From assembly GCA_029856125.1 (NCBI GenBank), contig JAHQWJ010000139.1, positions 19,037-83,036 on the forward strand: a stretch of 64,000 nt of DNA, in the 5' to 3' direction. Source of the DNA: Promethearchaeia archaeon. GTDB lineage: Archaea; Asgardarchaeota; Lokiarchaeia; Sigyniarchaeales; SOKP01. Positions 9,993 to 19,585 of this stretch are shown here, piece after piece. The notes beneath the pieces were generated by a model, which made no database searches, was not told the DNA's origin, and was given only the letters and a program-made list of their open reading frames with translations. How positions within the stretch are numbered: position 1 is the first letter of the stretch; each line of letters opens with the position of its first letter. The position numbers and the translations under genes were made by a program.

Positions 9993-10141
9993 CTAATCCC
10001 GACATCTTATCTCTCTAACATCTTGAAATATGATAATATAAATAAATGACTTCAATATTTATTTTATTGATTATTACTATAAAAATTTAATAAGGAATAG
10101 TTTGAAATACAAATCCTTAACTTCTGTAAAGAGGAATCAAA

Positions 10142-10705
10142 TTGGCGAGCATGAATAACATAGAGGTCAATGAAGACCTTCTACCTCGACCAGGCTCTTC
10201 TCTTTATAATCTAAATCATAAGGATGTAATGATTAAGAATAAGACGCTTAAAAAATTTAAAATTTATAACAAATACATCGTTCTTCCATTATATCGATTA
10301 AGAATTTTGCCTCTTTTAGGTTTTGGACGAATTTTTCTCATTTTAACGACACAAGGAAGAAAAACAGGGAAGAAAAGAAGAACACCGTTAGAATACCATC
10401 GGATAGAGGACAATATTACAATTTTTTCTGGTAGAGGTGAAGATGCAGGCTGGATGAAGAATCTCCGGGCTCATCCTGATGCTCTTTTGGTAAGACATGG
10501 GTTCCATCGTTTCCAACCGCAGGTAGAATTTGTAGCAAATGAAGACCAAAAGCTTGAAATTATGAAATGGTACGTAGTGAACCATGGAAAATCAGCAAAA
10601 ATGCTTTTCGGTTGGTATCCTAAAACTGACGATCCAGAAACAACAGATTTCACAAACTTAGTAAACCTAATTTCTATAGTAAAATTGCATCGCCAAAAGG
10701 ATTAG
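10142..10705 (+). CDS. Deazaflavin (F420)-dependent nitroreductase family oxidoreductase (DDN-like)
   Basis: LTTQGRKTGKKRRTPL and WMKNLRAHP motifs. Confidence 0.8.
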   Translation: MASMNNIEVNEDLLPRPGSSLYNLNHKDVMIKNKTLKKFKIYNKYIVLPLYRLRILPLLGFGRIFLILTTQGRKTGKKRRTPLEYHRIEDNITIFSGRGEDAGWMKNLRAHPDALLVRHGFHRFQPQVEFVANEDQKLEIMKWYVVNHGKSAKMLFGWYPKTDDPETTDFTNLVNLISIVKLHRQKD

Positions 10706-10860
10706 AATTTAGTTTTGAAAATATTCCTTAAACAAATCGAATACAGCACTTTTCGAGCTTATATTTCTTCATACAAAGATATTAAAATCAGAAATTTTTA
10801 TAAAAATCAAGGTAATTAATACTTTAAAATTGTATTTACAGCTCTGGAGCCTAATTTAAT

Positions 10861-11979
10861 ATGACAGCAGAGGAAATTACAGACCCTTACGAGATAATTT
10901 TGCAAAATATGCGTGAATATCCTAACGATATCCCTTTTGTAGATGGAGAGGTATCAGAAGCATTTAGGGCGTATATTAAATTATTGTTTACACGTGAAGA
11001 GGCAGAAGTTTCTCAATACTTAACTGTTAAGCCCCAATCCATTAATCGAATTGCAAAGAAAATTGGAAAAAGCAAAGAAGAGATTAAAAAAATTCTGGAA
11101 GAAATGACCAATTCGGGTGTTATTCAAGATATCGGTGGTTATTCCTATTTTTTAGCTATGGCACATCTTTTGAATATGGGATTTAAAAACTCAAAAACAT
11201 TCGAAAGGCTAGGAAAGAAAGGAGCTGAATTGTATCATCAATTCTTCCATGAAGAAAAATATTACAAGCGATACGAATCTTCCGACGCTGGTACTCCAAT
11301 TACTAGAATAGTTCCCATAGACACATCGATTGATCATAAGTCTAAAATATCCAATGCTGAAGAGATACATGGAATATTAGACATGTGTAAAGGTCCAATT
11401 GTAGTAACAGATTGTCCTTGTCGTAATAGAACAGAGACCTTAGGAATAAGAGAATGTAAAGATAAATTTCCTATTTCAGAAACCTGTTTTCAAGTTGGTT
11501 TGTTCGGGGAATATTTTTTACGAAGAGGAGAAGGACGAGAACTCTCTCGCGTAGAAGCCCATAACCTAGTAACGAAATTAGCAAAAAAAGGTTTAGTTTT
11601 TACAGTTGCAAACAGTAAAAGTCCAATCCACCAAGTAATTTGTTCTTGTTGCGCCTGTTGTTGTGCTCTTCTAAGAGGAATGACGCGATTTGAAGATAAA
11701 AACGAAAATTGTACAGCTAAATCGAACTATGTCTCTAAAGTTAATCGTAATTTATGCACGGGATGTGCTTTGTGTGCTAAAAGATGTCCATTCAATGCAA
11801 TTACAATAAAAGAAGAGAAAGCTAAAGTAAATCCTAAAAAGTGTTATGGTTGTGGAATTTGTGCGGTATGTTGCCCTGTAGAAGCAATCAAACTTCATCG
11901 AATAGAACAATCTTATATTTATCCTGACACTGTCCAATTATTTGAAAAAATATACCAAGAAAATAGGAGAAATGATTAA
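10861..11979 (+). CDS. Fe-S cluster protein, paralog of 3463..4587
   Basis: CPCR, CSCCACCC, CTGCALCAKRCP and CYGCGICAVCCP. Confidence 0.8.
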   Translation: MTAEEITDPYEIILQNMREYPNDIPFVDGEVSEAFRAYIKLLFTREEAEVSQYLTVKPQSINRIAKKIGKSKEEIKKILEEMTNSGVIQDIGGYSYFLAMAHLLNMGFKNSKTFERLGKKGAELYHQFFHEEKYYKRYESSDAGTPITRIVPIDTSIDHKSKISNAEEIHGILDMCKGPIVVTDCPCRNRTETLGIRECKDKFPISETCFQVGLFGEYFLRRGEGRELSRVEAHNLVTKLAKKGLVFTVANSKSPIHQVICSCCACCCALLRGMTRFEDKNENCTAKSNYVSKVNRNLCTGCALCAKRCPFNAITIKEEKAKVNPKKCYGCGICAVCCPVEAIKLHRIEQSYIYPDTVQLFEKIYQENRRND

Positions 11980-11994
11980 CTAGTTACGAGAAAG

Positions 11995-13230
11995 TTAGTC
12001 TTTATTCCATTCTGTAGCACATTGTCCGCACTTATATTTTTTCGCATAAAAGCCTGGAAAAATTACTCGCGTTTTATCATCAATCTCGCGTATTTGTGAT
12101 TTATTTGTATTTCCACAATTTGGACAGATTTTTTTACGATAACCAGTTTGTTCATTAATTTCAGTTGAAACGCCTTCTTCCAATCTTGAATCTTCAGGTT
12201 CCGCTAAATTTGGTATCTGATCAATGTTTTCAGTTGCAATTTCTTCTCTACCATTTTTCGATTGAAGTTCTTCGCTATATACAACTTCTATTGATTTCTC
12301 AACGATCTTTTCTTCTTTCTTTTTTAAATCCTTTTCACTAGTATCTATAATATTTATAGATGCCGCTAAATGTTCTCTTTTTTCATTTTCAATAACATTA
12401 ATCGTTTTTGCAAGAAGAAGAGCATCATCTTGCTTTAACTTTTCATTTTCCTTTTTTAATTCGATAATTTTATTCTCTAAATAAGAAACTTTCCCCTCAA
12501 ATTCTGTTAAACGAGAGTTTTCATTTTTAACGGTCTCTATTAGCTTAGATGTCTTTTGATTTTGTTTTGTTAATTCGAGATTATTGTCTTTCAAAACCTC
12601 TATTGTCTTTTGTAATTCTTCGACTGAAATTTCTTTGTTTCGAAAAGTAGAATTTATATCTTCAAGTAATTTCTTTTCTCTCTCCAGATCATTTAATTTT
12701 TTGTTTAAATCCTTTAAATCTATCTCTATTTGCTCTACGTTGGAACTTTCAGTTTGAATTTTAGTGGTGTTTTCTAAAAGTAGCTTGTTTTCGTTTTCTA
12801 TCGTGGAAATTTCGTCCTTAAGGGATTTATTCGTGCTTTCCAATCTCCCGTAATCTTCGATCAAATTATTAAGAGAATTTTGAGTTTTCAATATAATTTG
12901 ATCTTTTACAGAATCATTTTGACTAAGGGTTTTTAATTCCTGCGTATAACTATCAATATTTTGTTGAAGTACTTCATTATCCTGTTGCGTTTGAGTTAGT
13001 ACTTGTTTTTGTGAACTAATTACTTTCTTCAAAATAGGGATCTCTTCGGATTCAGGTTTTTCCTCTTTAGGTTTTTGATATTCTGGTTTGGAAGAATCTT
13101 TTTTTTTTTTTAACTTCGTTTCTAATTTTGCTACCTTCAGCTCTAAATTTTCAACTGTTTTTTCTAATTGAGCATGTGTTTTTTCTTCTTCTTCAGCGTT
13201 GTCTATTAAATCCTTTAAGTTTTTACTCAT
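11995..13230 (-). CDS. Long coiled-coil protein with C-terminal zinc ribbon
   Basis: About 300 aa of heptad-rich E/K/L sequence; CPNCGN...KKYKCGQC..EW. Start probably MSKNLK. Confidence 0.75.
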   Translation of the reverse strand: MSKNLKDLIDNAEEEEKTHAQLEKTVENLELKVAKLETKLKKKKDSSKPEYQKPKEEKPESEEIPILKKVISSQKQVLTQTQQDNEVLQQNIDSYTQELKTLSQNDSVKDQIILKTQNSLNNLIEDYGRLESTNKSLKDEISTIENENKLLLENTTKIQTESSNVEQIEIDLKDLNKKLNDLEREKKLLEDINSTFRNKEISVEELQKTIEVLKDNNLELTKQNQKTSKLIETVKNENSRLTEFEGKVSYLENKIIELKKENEKLKQDDALLLAKTINVIENEKREHLAASINIIDTSEKDLKKKEEKIVEKSIEVVYSEELQSKNGREEIATENIDQIPNLAEPEDSRLEEGVSTEINEQTGYRKKICPNCGNTNKSQIREIDDKTRVIFPGFYAKKYKCGQCATEWNKD

Positions 13231-13413
13231 ATCAAATAACACTCGTTTTTTTTCATTAACTGATTACACTTAAAATATAAAAGATTTCATATTATTAATA
13301 TTTCGAAGTATTACAATGAACTCTACAAATTTCATTGATTTATATCTAATACTTGTATATAATATAAAAATATAAGTCCAAATCACTATTTAATTTAGAA
13401 ATACCGGTTAGGA

Positions 13414-13971
13414 ATGTCAAAAATGGTAGGATCAAACAAATACTTTTTTAAAATTTGTATTGTCGGCGATTCAGAAGTAGGAAAAACCACTATTCTTAAC
13501 CAATATTTGAAAAGGAGATTCGTACCTGACGCTCAAAGAACAATTGGCTCTAATTTTTTCGTAAAATACGTTAAAATCCCCGAAGTTGATAGTATGGTTA
13601 TTCTGCAGTTCTGGGATTTGGCCGGACAACCGAGATTTAGATGGGTTCGATACGCGTTCTATAAAGGTGCCAAAGGTATAATATATGCTTTTGATTTAAC
13701 TAGGAAAGATACTTTGGATCACATATTAACTTGGAAAGAAGAAGTGGAAAGTAAAATTGGAATCGTTCCAAATATACTCGTCGGAAACAAGGTAGATCTT
13801 ATAACTTCAGAAAATAGAATAATTAATTTAGATGAAGTAAAGCACGTCAAACAACAAGTTTCCGCAAGCGAATATATAGAAACAAGCGCAAAAGTTGGAA
13901 CCAAGGTAGAAGATGTCTTTTCCAAATTAACATTAGAAATATTTAAAGTTAACAAGGAGAACTTAGAATAA
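13414..13971 (+). CDS. Rab-like small GTPase
   Basis: GDSEVGKT, TIGSNF, WDLAGQ, GNKVD, ETSAK; no C-terminal prenylation Cys. Confidence 0.92.
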   Translation: MSKMVGSNKYFFKICIVGDSEVGKTTILNQYLKRRFVPDAQRTIGSNFFVKYVKIPEVDSMVILQFWDLAGQPRFRWVRYAFYKGAKGIIYAFDLTRKDTLDHILTWKEEVESKIGIVPNILVGNKVDLITSENRIINLDEVKHVKQQVSASEYIETSAKVGTKVEDVFSKLTLEIFKVNKENLE

Positions 13972-14019
13972 ACCATTTTTTCGTTAAATATTTGTTTTTT
14001 ATTGATTCATTTGGCCAAG

Positions 14020-15150
14020 TTATGATAGAGTTTTTATCGATTTAGCCACTGCGTAAGCCATTAAAGGCGGTACTGCGTTACCAACTTGTTTGTATTTGTC
14101 TCTCATGGTCCCGCAAAACTTATATCTATCTGGAAAGGATTGTAATCTCGCTGCTTCTCTAATAGAGATTGCTCTATTTTGAATTGGATGAATAAATCTC
14201 CCCGGTGCACTTACACATCCGCAGTTTCCCGTTATTGTATCTGCTGGGGAATCTAAATGAAGTCTCCCATAAATGTTCGGGTATCCCCCTTTGAGTTGAA
14301 ATTCCTTCGGTAAAGAACTATGATTCATCCCCTGGGCAATATGGGATATTCTTCTTTCCACGATTTCACCATGATTGGGGGCAAAATGGTCACACAACTC
14401 GTCAGAGTTTTCCCTTAAATACTCCTGATAGTTAGTTAATGGTGGTCCGTTATATTTTATTGTTGAGTTCTCGACTCGCTGTTTTGTCAGGGGATTTATC
14501 TTGAGAATATCAGAAAGAGCGTCTTGAACGGTCAAATAAGAAGGTAACGCATTTTTTTCTAAATCTGATTTCAATACGATATTATTTTTGTTAGTTTTCT
14601 GGATTTTAAAAGAATAAACTGATTTGTTTTGAGTTCCTATAAAAAATACTCGCTGCCGTAATTGTGGGACACCATAATCTGCTGCCAACAATATTTCCAT
14701 TTTACAATTATATCCCATTTCTTTGTACATATTAACAACTTTTTCTACTACTTTTCCCTTTCCCATAGAAAGAATTCCAGGAACATTTTCCATAACGAAA
14801 AATTTCGGTTTAAAGTATTTAACCCACTGAATAAAATAAAAAATTAGCATATTACGAGGATCGTCGGGTCTCCTATTTCCAACCGAAGAAAATCCTATAC
14901 ATGGAGGACCTCCAATTATTCCGTCTATTTCTTTGTTTTTAAGATATTTATCAGAGATTTTCTCGCAATTTAATGAGGTTATATCTTTATATAATGACAG
15001 AGTTTCAGAATGATTTCTTCTATAGGCTCTATAATAATTTTCTTCCAATTCTATCGCTAAATCAATCTTAAAATTAGCCATTTCGAAACCTAGCGATAAA
15101 CCCCCCGCTCCACAGAACAAATCTATTATATGATTACCTTCTTCAGTCAT
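14020..15150 (-). CDS. dcm: DNA (cytosine-5)-methyltransferase
   Basis: DLFCGAGG, GGPPC, ENVPG, QxRxRVF, REAARLQSFPD, QVGNAVPP; likely start MTEEG at 15150. Confidence 0.93.
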   Translation of the reverse strand: MTEEGNHIIDLFCGAGGLSLGFEMANFKIDLAIELEENYYRAYRRNHSETLSLYKDITSLNCEKISDKYLKNKEIDGIIGGPPCIGFSSVGNRRPDDPRNMLIFYFIQWVKYFKPKFFVMENVPGILSMGKGKVVEKVVNMYKEMGYNCKMEILLAADYGVPQLRQRVFFIGTQNKSVYSFKIQKTNKNNIVLKSDLEKNALPSYLTVQDALSDILKINPLTKQRVENSTIKYNGPPLTNYQEYLRENSDELCDHFAPNHGEIVERRISHIAQGMNHSSLPKEFQLKGGYPNIYGRLHLDSPADTITGNCGCVSAPGRFIHPIQNRAISIREAARLQSFPDRYKFCGTMRDKYKQVGNAVPPLMAYAVAKSIKTLS

Positions 15151-15281
15151 AGCAATAATAAGGAATACAATATATAGTGATAATCTTAACAATAAGAATA
15201 AAATGAAACTAATCTTTAATTAATAACTATAAAGCTAAGTTGAAAATTGAATAATGCATAATTAATCCCAATCAGAAGAAA

Positions 15282-15935
15282 ATGGTTAAGGAAAGTAAAT
15301 ATACCTTGATTAGGAATATACTGCTAAAATGGTACGATGATAACAAGCGCGATTATCCATGGAGGAAATCAAACGATCTTTATAAAATATTGGTTACGGA
15401 AATTTTACTACAAAAAACAATTGCGTTGAACGTCTCCAATATGTATACTCTCTTTTTTAAGAAATACAAGGATTTCTCTTCAATTAACAATGCAAATATT
15501 TCCGATTTACAACCCACGATAAAAGTATTGGGGTTATCAAATAAACGAGCTCAGATTTTGAAAGCCTTGAGTCAAATTATCGTAACTAAATATAATGGAG
15601 AAATCCCTCGAGATACAGACAAACTTAAAGAAGTAAATGGCATAGCTAATTATGTGAGTAATGCTTTTGGGTGCTTTGGATTGAACAAAAGAACGTTGTT
15701 TTTTGATGTTAACATAAAAAGAGTTATATTGAGGGTGTTTGAACCTCAAGGCTCTAAATTTAACCGTGATTCCATGTATTCTCATTTGGACAAATTATTA
15801 CCTAAAATGGAGTTTAAATACATATACTGGGCAATACTTGACTTTGGAGCCCTGATTTGCTCCAAAAATAAGCCTAAATGCGAACTATGTCCTATTTCTG
15901 ATAATTGTTTTTATTTTTTAAAATCTCAGTCGTAA
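15282..15935 (+). CDS. HhH-GPD DNA glycosylase, short MutY/MIG (T:G mismatch) type with [4Fe-4S]
   Basis: WY..NKRDYPWR, EILLQKT, HhH GIANY, catalytic D in FDVN, CSKNKPKCELCPISDNC; no C-terminal NUDIX domain. Confidence 0.85.
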   Translation: MVKESKYTLIRNILLKWYDDNKRDYPWRKSNDLYKILVTEILLQKTIALNVSNMYTLFFKKYKDFSSINNANISDLQPTIKVLGLSNKRAQILKALSQIIVTKYNGEIPRDTDKLKEVNGIANYVSNAFGCFGLNKRTLFFDVNIKRVILRVFEPQGSKFNRDSMYSHLDKLLPKMEFKYIYWAILDFGALICSKNKPKCELCPISDNCFYFLKSQS

Positions 15936-15994
15936 TCAAATCTGATTTACTTGAAAAATTAAAAAAAAAAAGAGAATTTGGTGTTAATTTTTAT

Positions 15995-16321
15995 TTACTC
16001 TGGTATCTTCATCCCTAACATCTCTAAGGCTTCTGTTACTTTAAATCGAACTTCCATTTTGTATTTATACCCTGGAATCACATGGTAAGCGAGTAGTTGT
16101 TTTTGGTTTAATGCTAGGGCTTCTTCTAGCTTTCCTTCCTTAACATCCCAAACACCAATCACAGTCATACCTTCTGTAGTTGATTTTACAGCGTTAGGGA
16201 TTACTTCTTTACCTAAAGGCCTTAAAGCAGCTCGAGCTTCTTTAATTTCCTTTAAATAGACTTTCGAGATATTTTCTGCTTGATCAGGTGGGAAGATATT
16301 ATACGTAAATATATATGGCAT
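15995..16321 (-). CDS. Small alpha/beta protein of a Loki-expanded family (copy 1 of 3)
   Basis: MPYIFT..FPP...VKEGKLEEAL...Y..I.GYKY...EALEMLG; GAGGTGA SD before ATG 16321. Confidence 0.75.
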   Translation of the reverse strand: MPYIFTYNIFPPDQAENISKVYLKEIKEARAALRPLGKEVIPNAVKSTTEGMTVIGVWDVKEGKLEEALALNQKQLLAYHVIPGYKYKMEVRFKVTEALEMLGMKIPE

Positions 16322-16599
16322 ACTTTTCACCTCTCTATTAGATGTAATTTTTAATAAGGTTCTATGAGGTTTTAGTTAAATTGGATTATCATACTTAGAA
16401 TTTTTTTACTTTTTAATATTTCCATTTGTGTCAAATTTTTTAAACGATGTTAAAAATTAATTTTAAATACATACACTTTATCTTACTTATGACGTGATCT
16501 GAGTATTGAATATAAATTAAAAGAGGAATAATTCAGATTATTGTAAAATTGGTAAATTTAATAACAGATTGATAAGTAAAAAAGCATCTGTGAGCAGAT

Positions 16600-17085
16600 A
16601 TGCTAGTTAGTTTAAGGGAAGTCTATCTACCGGTTATGATATTTTCGATTATCTTAGACTTTCAATTAGCAATATATTTTTTATATTTATATGGTAAACA
16701 CCGAAAAGATAAAATCGACAAGCTTTTTCTCATGAGGGCTTCTGGAATTTGCGTCTATTATAAATTTTTCAAGGATCCAGCAAATAGACGTGGAGATCAA
16801 ATCATGTCCGGTGCTATAAATACTATTAAAATGATGTTAAAAGAAATCTCTCAGGATGAAGGGGAGATGGTCATAGAAAAAGAAGGAAAAGTGCTAATAA
16901 CATACCAAGGCAAATATATTACTGGAGTAATTGTAGCAGATCAAAACTTAAGCTCCCTTAATTTCTTGCTCAAACGCTTTATTGAGAAAGTAGAATTCCT
17001 ATATTCTAATATTATACGAGATTGGGATGGAGCTATGGAAATATTTCTCCCAATTGAAAATATTACTAAAGAGATCTTCTTTTAA
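16600..17085 (+). CDS. Single-TM protein with longin-like domain
   Basis: N-terminal TM, then LFLMRASGICVY...IMSGAINTI...LKRFIEKVE...WDG..EIF. Confidence 0.65.
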   Translation: MLVSLREVYLPVMIFSIILDFQLAIYFLYLYGKHRKDKIDKLFLMRASGICVYYKFFKDPANRRGDQIMSGAINTIKMMLKEISQDEGEMVIEKEGKVLITYQGKYITGVIVADQNLSSLNFLLKRFIEKVEFLYSNIIRDWDGAMEIFLPIENITKEIFF

Positions 17086-17095
17086 AGGTGAATTC

Positions 17096-17413
17096 TCACT
17101 TTCGCTTTTTTGAAAAAACGAGAATCGGCTTTAAAAATACATTTTGGCACATAGGGCAAGAATTATGCTTCGTTAACCAAGCAGATACGCAAGAATAATG
17201 GTATTGGCTACCGCAGAAAGAACATTTAATCGTTCGACTTCGTCCATGCCAGATAAATTCGTGACATACTGTGCATTGTATTCTGTCGTGTAAATTTACC
17301 TTCTTAATTTTTAACTCTCGCCCACAATAACAGCAAAAATTAACCTTTTTGCTAGTAGATTTTTGTATTTTCTTACCACAATTGGGACAATAATTAAAAC
17401 TGATGCCAGGCAT
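17096..17413 (-). CDS. Zinc-ribbon + RING-finger protein (putative E3 ligase)
   Basis: CPNCG...CCYCG; CTVC...CSFC....HYSC...W.....CPMC. Confidence 0.8.
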   Translation of the reverse strand: MPGISFNYCPNCGKKIQKSTSKKVNFCCYCGRELKIKKVNLHDRIQCTVCHEFIWHGRSRTIKCSFCGSQYHYSCVSAWLTKHNSCPMCQNVFLKPILVFSKKRK

Positions 17414-17666
17414 AAAATTTTCACACTAATAATAATTCAAATATAAATGGTACAATAGTAAAACAACATTAACAGTTAAAAAATGATTTTTAGTCCAATT
17501 TTTATTAAAGGAGATTAGGGTTGAAATGGAACTAAAATTAAATCGGACTAAAAAATCTAAACATCTTTTTTTTCTATTTTTAAACCTATTAATCATCATT
17601 TAAGAAAATATTTGAGCAAAGCACTACTTTTTTAAAAAACATAAAAAAAAATAAAGTAATTCTATA

Positions 17667-18947
17667 GTGCCATTTTCGAAAATTTTTCCTTTTTATCAAA
17701 AAATGCAAAGCAAGAAAGAAATGACCTCAGAATTATATCGAGCTTGGCCGATATTCTTACTTGCGTTCATTAGATTATTATTTTTTTCTATTTTTGAAAG
17801 AGCGCTTTCAAATTACCTTTATTTTGTTGTGGATATTAGTGAAAGCACTCTAGGAATTATATCTTCTGCTGGAGCAATCGCTTATATTTTTGCTCCTATT
17901 CTTGGACAATTTATTACTTCAAAGACAGGAATCCGTAATGCCCTTATATTGTCTTCCGTTTTAGCACCCATTTTAATGGGAGCTCAAATTATATACTTTG
18001 AACCATGGTTTTTAATCCTGTGTCGAGCAACATTAGGATTAACCATGGGGCTCTATTGGCCAAATTGTATGAATCTGTTAAGTAAATGGCAGAAGATAAG
18101 TAGTCCTGAAAGAGCAAAAAGGGATTTTAGAAATTTTAATTTTTCTTGGAATTTTGGTTTTATCTTTGGGCTTCTCATTGGTTATGTATGGAGTTTTTCT
18201 TGGAATGATTATTCTGCTATGATTTTTTCGTGGTCTCTGTCGTTTTTACTTATCCCAATTAGTTTTTTTATAAATAAAGATACCAAAAACCATTTTCCAA
18301 AAGAGAAATTAGAAATCCACTTAGAAAATCCCGAATATGAAGAAGATTTTAAAATGATTTCCAAGACCAATTCAAATTCATCTATGATAATTTATCCCAT
18401 TCTATTCTCGTGGATCGGAATAATTTTCTTAGCTACAACAAAATCAATCTTACTATTTACTTATCCGGTTTTTTTAAAATTATACTCATTAGAATCACAT
18501 TCAACTTACCTTGTCCAAGGGGGTATACAATTAGCTCAACTTATTGGTTTAACTTGGATTAATGTAATGAATGTATATAAACGAAAAATTTCTGTTTTCA
18601 TCAGCTTTATTTCCATTATTGTGATTTCGTTCACTATTTTTTCTGTAGGTTCTATATGGTACCTTGCAATCATATTCTCAGTTACAGGCCTATTTTTTGG
18701 TTTTATACACGGAACGTCAATGAAAATCATGCTCGATTATGGATCTGTTAAGAATACAGCGAGATATTCAACTATGAATGAAATCATAATAGGAATTGGC
18801 TTTGGGGTAACCCCAATCATATCGGGTTATGTTGTAGAAATCAACTTATACGCTGTTTTTGTTTTTATTATAATATGTGGGTTTGCTTTTTTAGCTACTT
18901 TGATATATCTTTCCCGAAACATTAAAAGAGAGAGATTGAATAGCTAA
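17667..18947 (+). CDS. MFS transporter
   Basis: About 12 TM in a 6+6 arrangement; paralog of 27177..28451 (shared WPIF, FNFSWN, YST.NE). Confidence 0.85.
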   Translation: MPFSKIFPFYQKMQSKKEMTSELYRAWPIFLLAFIRLLFFSIFERALSNYLYFVVDISESTLGIISSAGAIAYIFAPILGQFITSKTGIRNALILSSVLAPILMGAQIIYFEPWFLILCRATLGLTMGLYWPNCMNLLSKWQKISSPERAKRDFRNFNFSWNFGFIFGLLIGYVWSFSWNDYSAMIFSWSLSFLLIPISFFINKDTKNHFPKEKLEIHLENPEYEEDFKMISKTNSNSSMIIYPILFSWIGIIFLATTKSILLFTYPVFLKLYSLESHSTYLVQGGIQLAQLIGLTWINVMNVYKRKISVFISFISIIVISFTIFSVGSIWYLAIIFSVTGLFFGFIHGTSMKIMLDYGSVKNTARYSTMNEIIIGIGFGVTPIISGYVVEINLYAVFVFIIICGFAFLATLIYLSRNIKRERLNS

Positions 18948-19051
18948 AAAGTGCGTCATTATTTACTATTAGACTTCGAAATTGAATAATCTTTTATTCA
19001 AGCCGTCTTAAATGTTAATTAAATAGGAATTATTTATAGGGTGATAATAGT

Positions 19052-19564
19052 ATGACTTTATTTGATCAACTCAATAAACATCAATTAAAAGAACTTCTCG
19101 TTAAGTGTTGGATGACTCATGACGGTTCGTGGTTTTATAACTGCGTCCTAGAATTTGGTATTGAGACCGCAAACAAATTAAATAAAGCAGCAATTAAAAC
19201 ACTTTCTCCATTTGAAGTCCAAAGAGTTCAGAAAGCTTTAGAGATGGAGAAAGTCAAAGTAAAAACCTTTGAACAATTAAAAGCATTTATCAGCAACGGG
19301 TTTTCAATTTTAAAAGGTGATTTCATGGATTTTAACTACACCTTTCCTAGACACAATGTTTTGCATTGGGAAATGGGAAAATGTTTCGCTTACGAGGGAA
19401 TGAAAAGGATTGGAATAAAGGATAAATATGAATGTGGTCTTCTATATCGCCTTGGTTGCTGGCTAGATGTAATAGGTGTCAAATTTAAACTTGAACCTGA
19501 AATTATTGAGTGTTTATTGCATTCTCAAGAAACGTGTGTCGGAGATATGATATTTAATTTTTAA
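19052..19564 (+). CDS. DUF6125-like / V4R-like Cys-containing protein
   Basis: WMTHDGSWF...FG...A..LN; C...C...C...C pattern. Confidence 0.6.
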   Translation: MTLFDQLNKHQLKELLVKCWMTHDGSWFYNCVLEFGIETANKLNKAAIKTLSPFEVQRVQKALEMEKVKVKTFEQLKAFISNGFSILKGDFMDFNYTFPRHNVLHWEMGKCFAYEGMKRIGIKDKYECGLLYRLGCWLDVIGVKFKLEPEIIECLLHSQETCVGDMIFNF

Positions 19565-19585
19565 AAATACAAAAGGCTTATAAAA

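Noticed and set aside
4663-15935. Methyltransferase cluster as a prophage or defence island
   Set aside because: No integrase, capsid, terminase, REase or att repeats; interspersed with typical chromosomal Asgard genes.
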